A DNA stretch of 63,777 nt, the filler included, from Rhizaria sp. SCN 62-66 (Eukaryota), in assembly GCA_001724265.1 (NCBI GenBank). It is 3 parts of 3 records of this genome, joined end to end, with 100 filler letters (N's around TTAATTAATTAA, not from the genome) between each part and the next. Parts side by side here need not be neighbours in the genome. Positions count along the whole stretch, not along the records: positions 1 to 23,596 come from MEDY01000426.1; 2 more parts are not named here. The stretch is one strand, 5' to 3'. Positions within the stretch are counted from its first letter, which is position 1. Every line of letters begins with the position of its first letter. Under the pieces are notes generated by a model. That model was given only the letters and a program-made list of their open reading frames with translations, did not search any database and had not been told where the DNA came from. Both the position numbers and the translations under genes were made by a program. Shown piece after piece: positions 1 through 13,299 of this stretch.

Positions 1-3000
1 GGCCGCGGCTGCCGCGGCCGCCGCCGCCGCCTCGCTGGGCGCGTCCGCCGCCGCCGCCGCGGGACTGAGCGCGGGGTCACAGGAGGACGCGGCGACGATG
101 AGCATCCCGAACCCCTCGCGCACTGAGGATCTCCTGCCACTGCCGCCGGGCGAGGTCGTCATCCGCTTCTCTGTCCAGGACACCGGGCTGGGAATCCCGA
201 GCAACAAGATGGAGAAGCTGTTCGAACCGTTCAAGCAGGTCGACGCGAGCACCACGCGCGAGTTCGGTGGAACCGGGCTCGGGCTCGCCATCTGCGTGCG
301 CCTGGTGCATCTCATGCGGGGCGCCTTCTGGCTCGAGTCGGTCCAGGTACGGACCCTTAACAATGACACATTCTCAATGATATCGTGCTTCCATGTAATA
401 GTTCAAGTTAATTTTCATTTTCAGTTTTAATTGTTATCTAACTATAGTACGTTTACATTTTCTCACTTCTATATTGTCTCGATTATGATATTTTTCTTTT
501 TCGTGTTGCTTCTCCAGGGCAAGGGGTCAAACTTCTACTTCTGCACGCGCCACACCCTCGTGACGCCGCAGCCCGTGCGCCCCTCTGCGGCGGCCGCCGC
601 CGCCGCCAAAGCCGCCGCTGCGATCGACGTGGCCGCCAACTCCCTCTCGTCTCTGCTGAGCCAGCTCGAGACGCACATCGCGACCAACACCCCACGCCCC
701 CCTACTATGAGCACCACGCCCGCCGGCGCCGCCGTTCCCGCCGCCTCCACCGCTGCCCCCTCGGCTGCAGCTGCAACGGGTGTGTCTAGCAGCAAGCCTC
801 CACTGCCGCCCGCAGCCTCCGCGCGCCTGCGTCCTGGCCCCATCAACACCTCATCCTCCGGGCTCGCTCCCGTGTCCGCCAGCGCCGCCACGGGCGCAGC
901 AGGCGCGGGCGCGGGCGCGGGCTCTGCGAGTGGGGGTGCGACGCCGGGCCGCCGCGGCGGGGCCAAGGCGGGCGGCGCGGCGAGTCTGAGCGAGACGGCG
1001 CTGACCGGCGCCGCGAGCGAGATCCTCACTCTCCTCTACACCACCAGCAACAACAACAACACGAGCGCTGAGAGCAGCAGCACTGCGTTGACCGTGTCGG
1101 GCTCCGCTGCAGCGTGCGAGGTCGACAAGCCCCCGGCGGCGGCACATCTTTGGTCTGAGCCCGCTCTGGACCGCGCGATCTGGGGCGGCATCGTCCGCAG
1201 CCAGTACGCCGCGGCGCCGCTCTCGGTCCACCCCGTCACCGCGCCGACCTACGTCGACCAGATCATTGGCAATAGCGACAGAGTCAGCGGCTACGCCACC
1301 GGCGGCGGCGTCCTCGGCGCCGGCATTGGCAGCGGCGCCGCTTCCCTGGCCGGCGGTGACAGCGCGCTGGCCGTGGTCACGAACACCATGATTGCGAACA
1401 CCAGCCATGCGATCGCGGGTGCGATGGCTGACGTGAGCTCCCGCAGCAGCAGCAGCAACAACAGCAGCAGCAACGAGGACGAGGACGAAGACGAGGACGA
1501 GGACGAAGACAGCAGCGGCGACGGCAACGACTGCAGCCGCCGCAGCAGCTGCCGCAACCGCGGCGTCGGCGGCCGCAGCGTGGCCGACAACGACCACGAC
1601 GACAACGACCTTGTCGGCGACAACTTCGACGATGACCGCGGCCGCGGCGACGACGACGACGACGACGAGAGAGAGTACCTCCAGTCGCGTGACCGCGTCG
1701 CCTCGGGCGTGCGGGTCAGCAGCAACGGCACCGGAGCCGTCTCCACTGGCGCCGCGAGCGCGCGACTCGCCACTCGCCAGCGCCCCGCGCCGCTGGTCTT
1801 CGTCACGCAGACGCCCACCTCGCTCACCAGCGGCGGGCCGGGCGGCGCTGGCACGGCTAGAGGCGCTGCCAGTGGCGCCGCTGCCGGTCGCGGGCGCCTG
1901 CGCAAAGCCGAGCGCGGCAGTGGCGGCGGTGCGGAGCTGGCGACGGCCGCGGCGGACGCAGGCGGCGCCGGTGAGGGCAAGGACGCGGGCGAGGAGGACG
2001 ACGACGACACTGCGGATGACCGCGGCAACGACGACGATGATGACGCCGACAACGACGTCGACGACAGCAGCAGCTTCACGCACTACGACATGCGCAGCGA
2101 TCTCCGCTCCGCACGCCGCTCCCCGCCCGACAGTCTGCACGCCGAGACGCTGGGCGCCGCGGACGACGACGACCGTGCGTTCAACATCTCGGCTTCGCCG
2201 TCGCCCGCGCAGCGTGTGAGGCCCGGGCTCGCCAAGCAGCGCAGCTCCGCGGTGGGGCCGCTGCTGTTAGGCTCGGCCGCGCAGCGGAGAGCGGCCCGCG
2301 TCGCCGCGGTCGCTGCGGCCACCGCGGTGGCCACCTCGCCCCTGGCCATTGCGACCACGCCGCTCGCGACCGCGGCGACGACGACGACGGAGTCGACTCC
2401 GACTGCCGGCACTGCGAGCCACCCAGTGACCGTGCTGATCGAGCCCTACCTAGACGGCGCGGAAGTTAGGCCGCCGACGGGTGCCTCGTCGTCACAGCGC
2501 GCGTCGCCGCGCCATCAGCACAGCCGCAGCCACGGCCACGTCTCTGCCGCGGTGACCGCGCACGCGCTGCTCGAGGCCGACTCCGCCGACGGTGACGGTG
2601 ACGGTGAAGGTGATGCTGGCGACGACGCCGCAACGGTGGTCGCGGCGATGCCTGGGCTGCCCGCGGCGACGGGGGCCGCGGCAACGACGGGCGCGCTCGA
2701 TGGCGTCGCTGGCGTCACCACCAGCGGCGGTCTGCTTGAGGACGAACTGCCGCTCTCGCCTACGCTGTCGTCGCACGCCATGACGTCGGTGCGTGACGTG
2801 ACGTCGATGCGCGACGCCGCGGCGCACGCTCGCGGGAAGTCTATTTACGGCCATTTCGCCAGCAGCCAGACCGAGCGTGACTGCGAGCCCATCGTCGCGG
2901 CCAACAGCGCTAACGCCTCTTCCTCCGCTGCGGCCGCCACCGGCGGTGCGACCGCAGCGACGGGCTCGGCGTCCGGAGGCGCGAACTGCGGTGCGGCCGG

Positions 3001-6000
3001 CGCCGCGGGCGAGGGCCGCGTATCCGGTGTGCGCACGCTCGACATCCCGAACCGGCGTCTGAGCGGTGTGGCTACGCTCGCGGGCGTGGTCGCAGCTGGC
3101 GGCAACGGCGGCAGCGTCGCTGTGCGCACCTACCTGGGTCTCGCTGATGACTCGATCAGCCACACCAGCAGCAGCAACGGCGGCGGCGTCGGCGCCGGCG
3201 CCGGCGGCAGCAGCAGCAGCGGAGCGAGCATCATCAAGGGCGCGGACATCACCACTGTCACGGATGAGTCTTCCCTGCTTTCGCTGCCGCTGCCGTTCAA
3301 CGGCGGTGTCGTTTGCGGCGTCGGCGCGGGCGACTCCCCTGCGCTGGCCGCCGGCTCCGGCACGGCTACGGCCACTGGCACCGCAGCGGGGACTCCGATG
3401 ACCCACCCGGTCACCGGCTCCATTCCTAGCTCCGGCGTCGGTTCCGCCATCTGCCTCTGCAACAACAACAGCAAAAACAGCGGCAACGGCCACAGCGCGC
3501 TCGGCTACGCCAAGGACGACTCGGCGGCGACTCTGGGCGGCCCATCCCAGGGTCCGACCGCGCGGTGCCCGCTGCATCCGCCGCTTTCGGCGACGGGTGT
3601 GCGCGCGTCGCTGATGCGCGCCGACCAGGCGCTGCAGTCGCTGACGGCCATCGCCACCGACACGGGCGCGCACCCGTTCGCGCAGCTGCCGGGGACGAGC
3701 CGCCTCAACCCCACGCCGCCCATCACGTCCGCTCGCAACTCGATCATCAACGGCGGCGTCGGCGGCGGCAGTGGCGGCGGCAGCAACTACCTGCTGCCGC
3801 CCGCGCGCGCCCCGGGTGTGGCCGTGTCTGCGGGCGCTGCAGGCCGCCGCGCGCGCCGCCACCGCCGCGCCAGCAACGCCCCCGGCGGCGAAAGCCAATT
3901 CCCCGGCAGCCGCGGCAGCGGGCTCGGCCTCGGGCTCGGCGGCGGCAGCGCCGGCGGTGACCGCCCGCGCAAGCTGTCGCTGTCGCACTGCCCCGACTGG
4001 CTGCCGGACCCGGCCGTGGCGTGCACGTCTGCGGCCAGCGGACGTGCCGCGCTCGAAGCACAGGTCATTGCCGCCGCCGCCGTGACCGCGGCGACGACGA
4101 TCGAGCTGCTCGACGTGTACGGCGCGCTCTTCCCGCAGCTCCCCGTCACGGCCATCATCGCGCCCGGTGCCGCGCTGCCCGGCGCGCTCCCCGCGTCGAG
4201 CCCCGCGCAAAGCGAGGCCGCGACCACCGCGCTGACTGCAGCGGCGACGGCGGGCGGCTCTGTGCCCGCGCCCGCGCCGGCGTCGACGGCGCTGACTGCG
4301 GCGCGGCGGCCGACGCCCATCTGCGCGCGCACGTGGTGGCAGCGCGACACGGTCGAGCGCGCGGCGGCGCCCTGGCGCAAGATGCTTGCCGCCGCCGCCG
4401 CCGCCAACTCCGGGCCCGACGCGCCGTCGGTGCTGCGCGCTACAGCCGCGCTGCGCGCGCTGGAGCAGTCGCTGGGCTCCCCGCTGCACAACTACCCGCG
4501 CAACTTGCCGCCGACCGCGGCGGCCGCACTGGCGGCGGCCGCGCTCGCGGGCGGCAACGTCGGCGGCGGGTCCTCGCTGCACACAATCTCGACCGCGACG
4601 GCGGGCGAGGTGGGCTGGCCCGCGGTGCTGATCTTCACGCCGCACTCGGTCTCCGGCGTCGCGCTGTGCAACCGCGTGCGCGCGTGGGGCATGACGCCCA
4701 TCCTGTGCACCACACTGAGCGACGTCATGCTCGCGCTGTGCGCCGCGCCGCGCATCGGCTCCCTCGTCGCCGCGCTCGTCGAAGTCGGCGTCCCGCCCGC
4801 GCTGCTCGCGCCCGCGGCCCAGGACGAGCAGGCGCCGACGCTGGGCGAGACCGACGTCTCTCTGGCCAAGGCCGGCATCGGCGCCGTCGACGACGTATGC
4901 CCGCCGCCGCCGCACACGTACGAGGCCGTGGCGCTGGTCCAGTCGCTCGCCGAGGCGCCTGTGCGTGCGCAGCCGCTGGCGACATCGCTCGGGTACGTCA
5001 TGTCCTCGCTCGCGCCACCCACCGCGGCTGCAATGGCGGCTCCCGCGGGCAGTGTTGCAGCGCTCTGTGTCGCCGCCGCCGCCGCCGCTGTGCCCGCGAG
5101 CGAGGCCGACGACGCGCACTCCGCCGCCACCGTTCCCGCGGCTGCGACCTCTGCCGCCGCTGCGGCCACCGCTGTGGTGCCGATGCTTACCTCCGCCGCT
5201 GCCGCCGCCGCGGCGCACGCCGCCGCCGCGGCGCACGTGGCGTCGTGCAGCGGCAACGCGCCGATTGTGAGCGCGCCCCTGCTCGGCACGCCGACGCCCG
5301 AGGTGACGGCGGCGTACATGCGCCGGCTGCGCGCTGCGTGCATCACGATCAACTGCGCGGCGCCGTCGTCGACTGCGCTGCCCACGTCTGCCGCGTCGCC
5401 CATCGTGGCGTCCTCGCGCGCGCTCCCGCAGCAGGGCCAACAGCAGCAGGCCGGCAGCGGCGCGCAGGCTTCGGCGGCGGGCGGCGGCGCCGTGTCTGCC
5501 GACGGGCTCGTCACTGTCGGCGGGTCGCCGTCCAGCTCGAGCACGCCGGGCAGCCAGGTACCGTCCAGCAGCGGGGTCAACATCAGTAACTATAGCGGCT
5601 CCGGCGGCAGCAGCAACAACAACAACAACGCGATCGCCAGCACGCCCGCGATGAACATGAACAGCGCCAGCAGCAGTAGCAGCAGCAGCAGCATGGGCGG
5701 CAGCGGCACCGCGCCCACGGACCGCCGCACGCGCGTGCATGTACTCTCTGCGCCCGGCATGAGCGTCTACGCCATGGTGCGCGCGCGCCTCCCCGCGCTG
5801 CCAGTATTGCTGATGCTGCCAGTGCGCCTGCAGAGCTCCGGCATCCTGCGCCAGGCGCACCTCGTCGCGCCTAAGTTCCTCACTCTCAACAAGATGGTCG
5901 TCGCGCCCGCCTCCTCCGCTTCGGCCTCCGCGACCGGCTTCGTTTCCACCCCGACCGCCCCCGCCGCTGCTGGAGCCGCTGCAGCCGCGCCGCCGCGCCT

Positions 6001-7411
6001 GGTACCCGCGCTGACGCTGCCGCGGCAGCTGCCGCCTGTGCTGTCGCACCGCGAGTCTGCCGACGCGATGCTGGGCTGCGTGCTCAAGCCCGTGCGCTTC
6101 CAGCAGCTCCACGAGACGCTGTCGCGCGCGCTGGCCAAGCCGGCGGCCGTGCAGGCTGTGCTGACCGCGGCGGGCAAGGGCGCGGGCCCTCTCGAGAGCA
6201 ACCCGGCGATGCTGTACCAGGTCGGCACCGACGTTGATGACTCCGAGAGCGCGCCCGTGTTCGGCACCGCGGCCGTCTACGTCGGCGGCGCGCGCGGGTC
6301 GTCCCCCAGCAACGCCGCCAGCAGCGCTGCGGGCGCGACCCCTGCGATGGGGCCCGGCGCGTCGCTGTCGCCGTCCTCCTCCTCGCTGTCATCCGGCGGT
6401 GGCGGCAGCGGCTACGGCATGATCTCGCCGCCCGGGCTCTCCAGCGTGTCCACGCCCTCGGTCACGTTTGCGTCGCCGCTCGTCGCCGCCGCGCCCTCGC
6501 ATCTCGGCGCCAACACCGCGAGCTCCGCGACCATCCAGGAAGAGGCCAACGCCGCCGCCGCATCTGCTGCGGGTGAAGCGCCCGCCGCTACGGCGCCGCG
6601 CCAGCCTCTGCGCATCCTGATTGCGGAAGACAACCCGATCAACATGAAGGTGATGTTGCGTCTGCTGTCGCGCATGGGCCACAGCGACGTGACGGCCGTG
6701 ACCAACGGCCAGGACGCCGCCAACGCCGTGCTGGGCGCGCCGCTCAACGGCGCCGCGACGACGACGCTGGGCGAGGACACGCCTCGCGCGCGCCCCACCC
6801 GTGTGTTCGATGTCGTGCTGATGGACGTGCAGATGCCGATTAAGGACGGATTGGGCGCCACGCGCGAGATCATCGCCGGCTTCCACCTCTCGGCGACGTA
6901 CGCTGAGCACCGCGCGCGCGCCGAGGCGGAGTTCGCGCAGCTGCTGCAGGACGAGCAGGCCGACACGGGCGTGCAGGCGCTCTCCGCCGCGGCCATCGCA
7001 CGCGGCCGCCCCGCGCTGGGGCTCGCCTCCACGGCTGGCTCCTCCGCGCCAGCGGTCGTGTCGGCCGCGCTCGCACGCGCGTCGTTCGTGTTCAACGTCG
7101 GCGGCGACGCCGTCGGTGAGGAGGATGACGACTACGACGACGAGTGCGCCGAGGAGGCCCGCGAGCGCTCGCTGCAGCGCTGCGCGCGCGTGCTGGCCGC
7201 GGCCGGGATGCCCGTGATCCTCGCGCTCACGGCCTCTGCACTGCGCGGCGACGCCGAGGCGTGCTGCCAGGCCGGAATGCACTCGTTCCTCAGCAAGCCC
7301 GTCGACGTCAAGCGCCTTGAGTCCACGCTCGGCCAGTGGGAGGCGCGCAGGCACGGCGACGCGCTTGTCGCGCCCGCGCACCTGGCGCACACTGACTCGC
7401 AGACGGACTAA
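1..7411 (+). CDS. Hybrid sensor histidine kinase (5'-truncated): HATPase_c C-terminal half, long low-complexity linker, degenerate receiver-like region, C-terminal receiver domain
   Basis: Exons <1-346 and 518-7411 (donor CAG|GTACGG, acceptor TCTCCAG). Spliced product reads [10 protein letters not shown]...[51 protein letters not shown] (G1/F/G2 boxes). C-terminus has [12 protein letters not shown]...[15 protein letters not shown]...ILALTASA...[11 protein letters not shown]. Stop TAA. Confidence 0.92.
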
Positions 7412-8142
7412 AGAACGAATGAAGAATATACCTCACAAGAACAGCGACCGCTGGTGTGTCGCTACTTCACGTGATGTGGTGTGTATTAACCCTTGATTTA
7501 CCCAAATACTAATTATTGATCTCTTCAGTTTTATTTTAAGATTCTTGTAATGCGCCATCTTTGTTTTTTTCTCTGTTCAAATTCTTATTTTGCTTGATTC
7601 ATCGTGTTAACACTTTTTTCGCTGTGCAGTTCAAATCATTGCTGCGTGGTGCAGAAGCTCAGCTGACGACCGTGTGCTCTCCGATTGTATATCAAATACA
7701 GTTTATGCTACTTGTGATTCAAAGTTACGAACCGAATGATAAACGCGAGTATGTTAAATTATTGGTTTTATGAAGGTTTTTGTTAAGAATCTGTAATGCC
7801 AAAATGGTGGCTTTTACACATGATGAAACTGAAACTCTCGATAATGCTACGTGAGACACTCAAAAGCGTCATTTGTTGCGGCTGCTACGGTTCAATGTGA
7901 TGAATAGAAAAAGGAAATAGCAATATTCTGAGTCCACAGTTGTGGCGCTCAACTTGTACTCATGTAACAAAGGAGTGTTATCTAAGTAAACAGATATAAA
8001 ACCCGGATCATATTCGGTATTATGGTAGAAAATAAGAAACATAAAACAAATTGAAGTCATAAAGCTCACTAAATAAGAAATAAGACTGAATGAAAACAGC
8101 TATTCACCAATTGACAAGACTATGATTTGAAAAGAACCTATC

Positions 8143-11100
8143 TCAGAAAGGGTTGACGGCGCGCGCAAGTTGTGCAACCCACTCAGGAACGGTCTTGGGG
8201 GCAACTTTGCACGCTTTGAGCGCCTCATCCGACAGCCAGACGTGACGCACGTACGGCTCGCGCAGCGCGGGCGAGTCGACCGGCACGGTCACGGCGACGG
8301 GGACCGTGGTGGACACGGGCGCCGCCGGGATGAGCGTAGTGCCGGCGCCCGAGGCGCTGGAGAAGCTGTGGCTGCGCGAATGGCGGCGCGACTTGTGGCG
8401 CGGCGCGCGCGGGGGCGCGGGCAGCACGAGGTTGCCGGCCGCCAGCGCCTCGATGAGCGGGTCGGGCACCATGAAACACGGCGCGACCTGCGCGAGCACG
8501 GGGGTTGTGACGGCCGGCGTCAGGGGCGACGCTACAGTCTCGCTGTTGACATTGACAGCGCCGGCCTCTGTCGAATAGCGCGGGCTCGCCGCCGAGTTAG
8601 GCATCGCGGGATGTGACTGAGCGCGAAGGTAGGCCGCGTGCGCGATGATGTGCTTGAGGTGCGCAGCCAGAGGGTCGCTGCCCAGAGCAGGGAGCTCCAG
8701 AATGAGGTCGGTGTGAGAGGCGCCGTGGAAGATGTCCAGCCACACACGGTGTCCGCGCTAAAAACATAAGGAGAGCAAACATAAAAGCGTGTGAAAAAGT
8801 CAATACAACTTAAAAAGGATCGTCAGGTATCATAAATCAGATATGAAATGCTGACTGAGTCTTAAAGCGCTCAGTGAAACGTACCATGCTGAACTCGCGC
8901 GCGAGTTGCCACGCTCCGACCGCGGATGTGGTCTTGTCGCGCGTGCCGTGCATCAGGAACACTGGCGGGAACACCATCGGCCTCTGTTCTTTGCCGCCTC
9001 CTGCAGCGGCGCCAGTGGCGCTGCCGCAGCTGTCGGTCCTGCTCATCCGAGCCTTCGCGAAATCGTCGCTGGCGCCGCTTTGGCCGAAGTCGCTGTTGGT
9101 GTTGGGGAGACTGTCGGCGGAGTTGTTCGCGGGGGGCGTAAGCAGCGGGCCCGGCCCAAGGACCTTGGCGGCCATGTGAACGGGGCTCATGTGCAGCGCC
9201 GCTGTGCGCTCCTTGCTGCCGCCGACGCGCATGACGGAGCGCAGCATCGATGACGGCAGCCCGCGCTCGGAGAAGGTGGCCTCGGCGTGGAGCAGGTTGT
9301 AGGGTCCCGAGAGTCCGACGACAGCGGCGACCTTGAGCAGCCACGCCGCGGGCAACACAGGCAGCTGCGCAAGGCGGTCGCAGAGGTAGAAGTCCGCGTC
9401 TAGGCCGCCGCCCTCTTCCTCATCATCATCATCATCATCGTCGTCGTCATCGTCGTCGTCGTCGTCGTCATAGTCATCAGCGGGCTTGACTTCGACCTCG
9501 CTGTCGTCGCCGTCGCAATCACGCACGGCGCAGTCGCGGGCGCCAACCGGCTGCTGCTGCTGCTGCGGCAACACACGTGCACTGCTGCTACTGCTGCTGC
9601 TGCTGCTGCTGCTGCTCATGCTGCGAGTGCGGTAGCGGCCGGCACTTCGCGCGCGACTGCGGCGACGGCGGCGCTTGGCGTCCTCCTTGCGCTGCTGCCG
9701 CAGCTGGCGCCACGAGAGCAGCGCAGCCAGCAGCAGGATGTGCGCGCCCGCGCTCTGGCCGACCACGGTGACCTGATCGGGATCGCCGCCGTAGGAGCGC
9801 GCGTGGCGGCACACCCAGGTGAGCGCGTTGCACACGTCCAGCAGCATGTCCGCGATGTCGCCTACAGATACAAATGCGGATGAAGAAACAAGACAAGGTG
9901 GGCTTATAAGATTAGTTAGTGTGCATTAACCGGGTGAAGTGATAGAAAGTGAATGTTGGTTCAAATAGTCAAATTGCGCACCTTGGGGGAAGTTGCGGTA
10001 GTCGATGCAAAACACTACCACACCCTTGCCCGCGACCGCAGACACCATCTCGGGCGCGGCCTGACTAAAAGGAGCCGGGAAAGGGTTCAACGTGACACCA
10101 GGAGGAAGCTCGGGCGCATCAACCTGCTGTTGTTGTGAGGACTTTACCTCGTCATTGGCACTCGCACTGGAGTTAGCCCTGTTGCTCCTGTTCGTGCCAG
10201 CGCTAGCGCTGCTGCTCGAGGAGCTGCCACTTGGGTGATAGAAGGGCCTGAGCTCGATCGGAACACCCTGACTGCCCGCGTCACCGACGCCGCACACCGC
10301 AGCATCAAGAGCAGACTTGCCGTTGGTGCCAACGCCAGCGCTGTTAGGAGTAAACCCGGGCCCCGGGGCAGCGAGATTGAGGCCCAGGAGTGCCGCCCAC
10401 ATGCGGAAACCAATGGTCCACGCGCCGCCGCAAACAAACACGAGCACGGGCAGACCGGCCGAGGGCGGCGCCGCGGCGCCAGAGGAGGAGCTGCTGTTCG
10501 CGCTTGAGCTGGCGGCGTGTGCGTGGGATGATGAGCAGGGAATTGACTTGCTCAGATCATTGTAGTCGGCAACGTTGTCGCTCACGCTCTTGCGCAAAGA
10601 CGCCGGCGCGAGCGGCTTAACTTCGGTGTTAGCGGCGTCACTAGCGCTGATGTTGTAATCACGATCGCTGTGAGAGACAGCGTCGTCGCCGTCATCCTCG
10701 GTCGCGGAGACGCTGTGGATGCTGTCACGGTCACTCTGATCTTGCTCGAGCTGGCGGTGCTCGAACCCGATCTCCATAACAGGCAACGCCTGCGACGACT
10801 CCTCGAGCGCGCCCACCACACTCGCGTTATCGGGCTCGCCGTCGCTGCTAAGCTCGCAGTCGCTGGTGGCCTCGCAGTCGCTGTCAACGACCGGTGTAGT
10901 CCCGTCGCAGTCCTCGGCGCCCTCGCCCGCGGGCGTCGTGTCCGGCGGCGCCAGGAGAGCCCACGCAAAGAGCGCGCCAGTGGCCGTTACCGTGAGCGCA
11001 GGCAGGTGCCACAGAGAGCGCAGTAGCGGCCGGAAGGAGGGGAACGCAGTGGACGCCGCCGCGCGGCGGATGTCGCTGAGGCCCGACAGCTGCGGTGCGG

Positions 11101-13108
11101 CGGCGGCGGCAGCAGCAGCAGCAGCAGCGGCAGCAGGAGTCGGTTCGTGGTCGGTGGTATAGTCACCGTCCGCTGTGCCGATAGGAGCGGAGCCGTCCGC
11201 AGTCCGGCTGGCAGTGCCTGTCTTGGCCTTAGTCGCCGGGGAAGCGAGCCTGCTTAGGGCCGCAGCCTTCGAGTGAGCTGACTTAGCGGTGCTAACAGAG
11301 CGCGCACGCAGCTTGCCCCGGCTCGCGATCGCGGGCGACACGGACGCAACGCCCGCTCCAGCACCCGCATCAGCGCTGTCGCCCGCCCCGTTCGCCTGCT
11401 GCTGCTGCTGATGTTGCTGCTGCTGGACGTAGCCGAGCACCGACGGGACGCCGGCATCCGAGTACTGCAGATGTGCGAGCGAAGGCGGCAGGTACACGTC
11501 GACGAAGTTACGCGGGTTCGATCCGTAGCGCAGCCCGCGCTTGACGGGCGCGAAGTACAGATACTGCGGCAGTAGATAGAGCCAGGTGGGGACGAGGCAG
11601 ACGATGAACAAGTTAAGCCGCGCGAGCATCACGGCCCAGATGGGCGTGGTGGCGAGCGCGGCGATGAGCTTGAGCGCCAGCCCCAGCAGCAGGAGCACCT
11701 CGTCCAGCAGGCGGCGCAGGTAGAAGAGCGCCGACGCCGCGGCTGTGAGCAGGAGTGCAAGGGCGAGGTGGAACGGCAGCAGCGGCAGGCGCAGCAGGAC
11801 GGTATAGAGCGTGGACTGCGCCAGGGTCGGAGTCGTGGGGGCGAGCGTGAAGGCGGCAAGCGGGTCGAAAGAGCGGCTGAGGAACTGCAGCATGTCGCTC
11901 CACAGAGACATCGGGCCCTCAGGGGCACTCTCAGACTCAGCCTCCGCTTCAGTCTCAGTCCCAGTTTCAGCCTCGGCCTCAGCATCAAACCCGGTCTCTG
12001 TCTCTGCGTCGGTCTCGGTCTAGGGCGCTGCGCTGCCGTCCAGCAACACGCCACCATCGGTCTCGGCGACATCCGCGTCACCGGAATTCGCGACCGCGCC
12101 AACCGCTGTGTACGTGTACTTGCGATTCACGTCGGTGCTGTCAAACGTGACAGACCGAGAGTTGGCCGCGGAAATACTCGCTGCAGAAACAGTGGCGGCA
12201 GTGTCGACGTCGCTCACACTGTGGCTGTGGTTAGTCTGTTGCTGTTGTTGTTGCTGGTGTTGTTTGTGGTCATCTGAATGCTGTTGCGACAGCGACGGCC
12301 CCCGTGGCATCTGCTGGAGCTGCTGCAGCTGCGGCATTGAAAGGTCCATCGGTAGCGCAGACAGCGAGTTAGAGTCAGCGCGGGCGCTTCTAGCGTCATT
12401 TGTGGGGGCAGCGCTGTCTGTTCTGGCTCTTGCAGAGGCAGTATTCGAAGCAGTGTGCGCAGAGTAGAAGACGCTTGTATCGCGCAACAGCGCGATTTGC
12501 GAGTCACCAGCATTGGCGCCTGCATTTGAAGACGAAGACGACGACGATGACGACGACGACGACGATGCCATGGACGACGAAGAGAGGGTCAAGAGCGCGC
12601 TGCTGTTCATCGCATCATCAGACCCCGCGCGGCCGCTTCTGGTGCTCTGCCCCGGCGTCTGCTGTGTCGTTGTCGTCGTTGTGGGCATCAGCACGCGCGC
12701 GCGCGCAGCGGGTGTGACCTGCGCGGCCGCGATATGCAGCGGCGTGAGCGCCTGTAAGTGGCTGTGGCTGCGGCCATGTGAGTGTGCGGAGCCCGACAGC
12801 TGCACGGTCTTGTGTAGCGAGCGCGTCGGCGTGCGCAGCGCCGTGGCGTCGACCAACGGCGCGGGGCGCGCGGTCAGGCGCGGGGACGGCGCCGCAACGG
12901 TCGAGTGCCGGCGCGCGGCGGCCGCACCGGGCTGGGGAGCTTGACACGCAGGCGTTGTCATCGTCGTTGTCGCATTAGGGCCGGAGGCGTGGGCAGCGTG
13001 TGTGTCGGATAATGAGTGTGTTGGCGGGCGGCGCGTCGGTGTGGACACTGCTGCAGTGTGCGATAGTAGGCCGGCGTCAATTGAGCCCGAACGGGACCCG
13101 TGCGACAT
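8143..13108 (-). CDS. Isoprenylcysteine alpha-carbonyl methylesterase (ICME/PCME)-like alpha/beta hydrolase with N-terminal low-complexity and hydrophobic regions; one in-frame TAG (12020-12022)
   Basis: Exons 13108-9982, 9861-8885, 8757-8143 total 4719 nt (in frame). Motifs YGSNPRNFVDVYLP, PVLVFVCGGAWTIG, CIDYRNFPQG, YGGDPDQVTVVGQSAGAH (nucleophile), GLSGPYNL, HGTRD and SHTDL match plant ICME family motifs as I know them. The start at 13108 requires TAG read-through; otherwise the start is 11911. Stop TGA. Confidence 0.85.
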
Positions 13109-13299
13109 CGCGATGGAGCTGCGGAGGCCCGAGAAAAAGCTTTCGAGGGAGATTCAAGCGGCAATTCAAAAATGTAGACAAAAGAACAGGAGCACCAAAC
13201 CTACAAAAAACGAAATAGTAAATCAAGTATTAAATGTGATTAGCACTAATTGTGTCTATAAAAATTGGTCTCGACGACTCAGTGCATGGATAAATACGT

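Noticed and set aside
2492-6112. 1206-aa antisense ORF and many other long overlapping ORFs
   Set aside because: Shadow ORFs expected from very high GC3 in the kinase and other exons; Arg/Gly-rich with no motifs.
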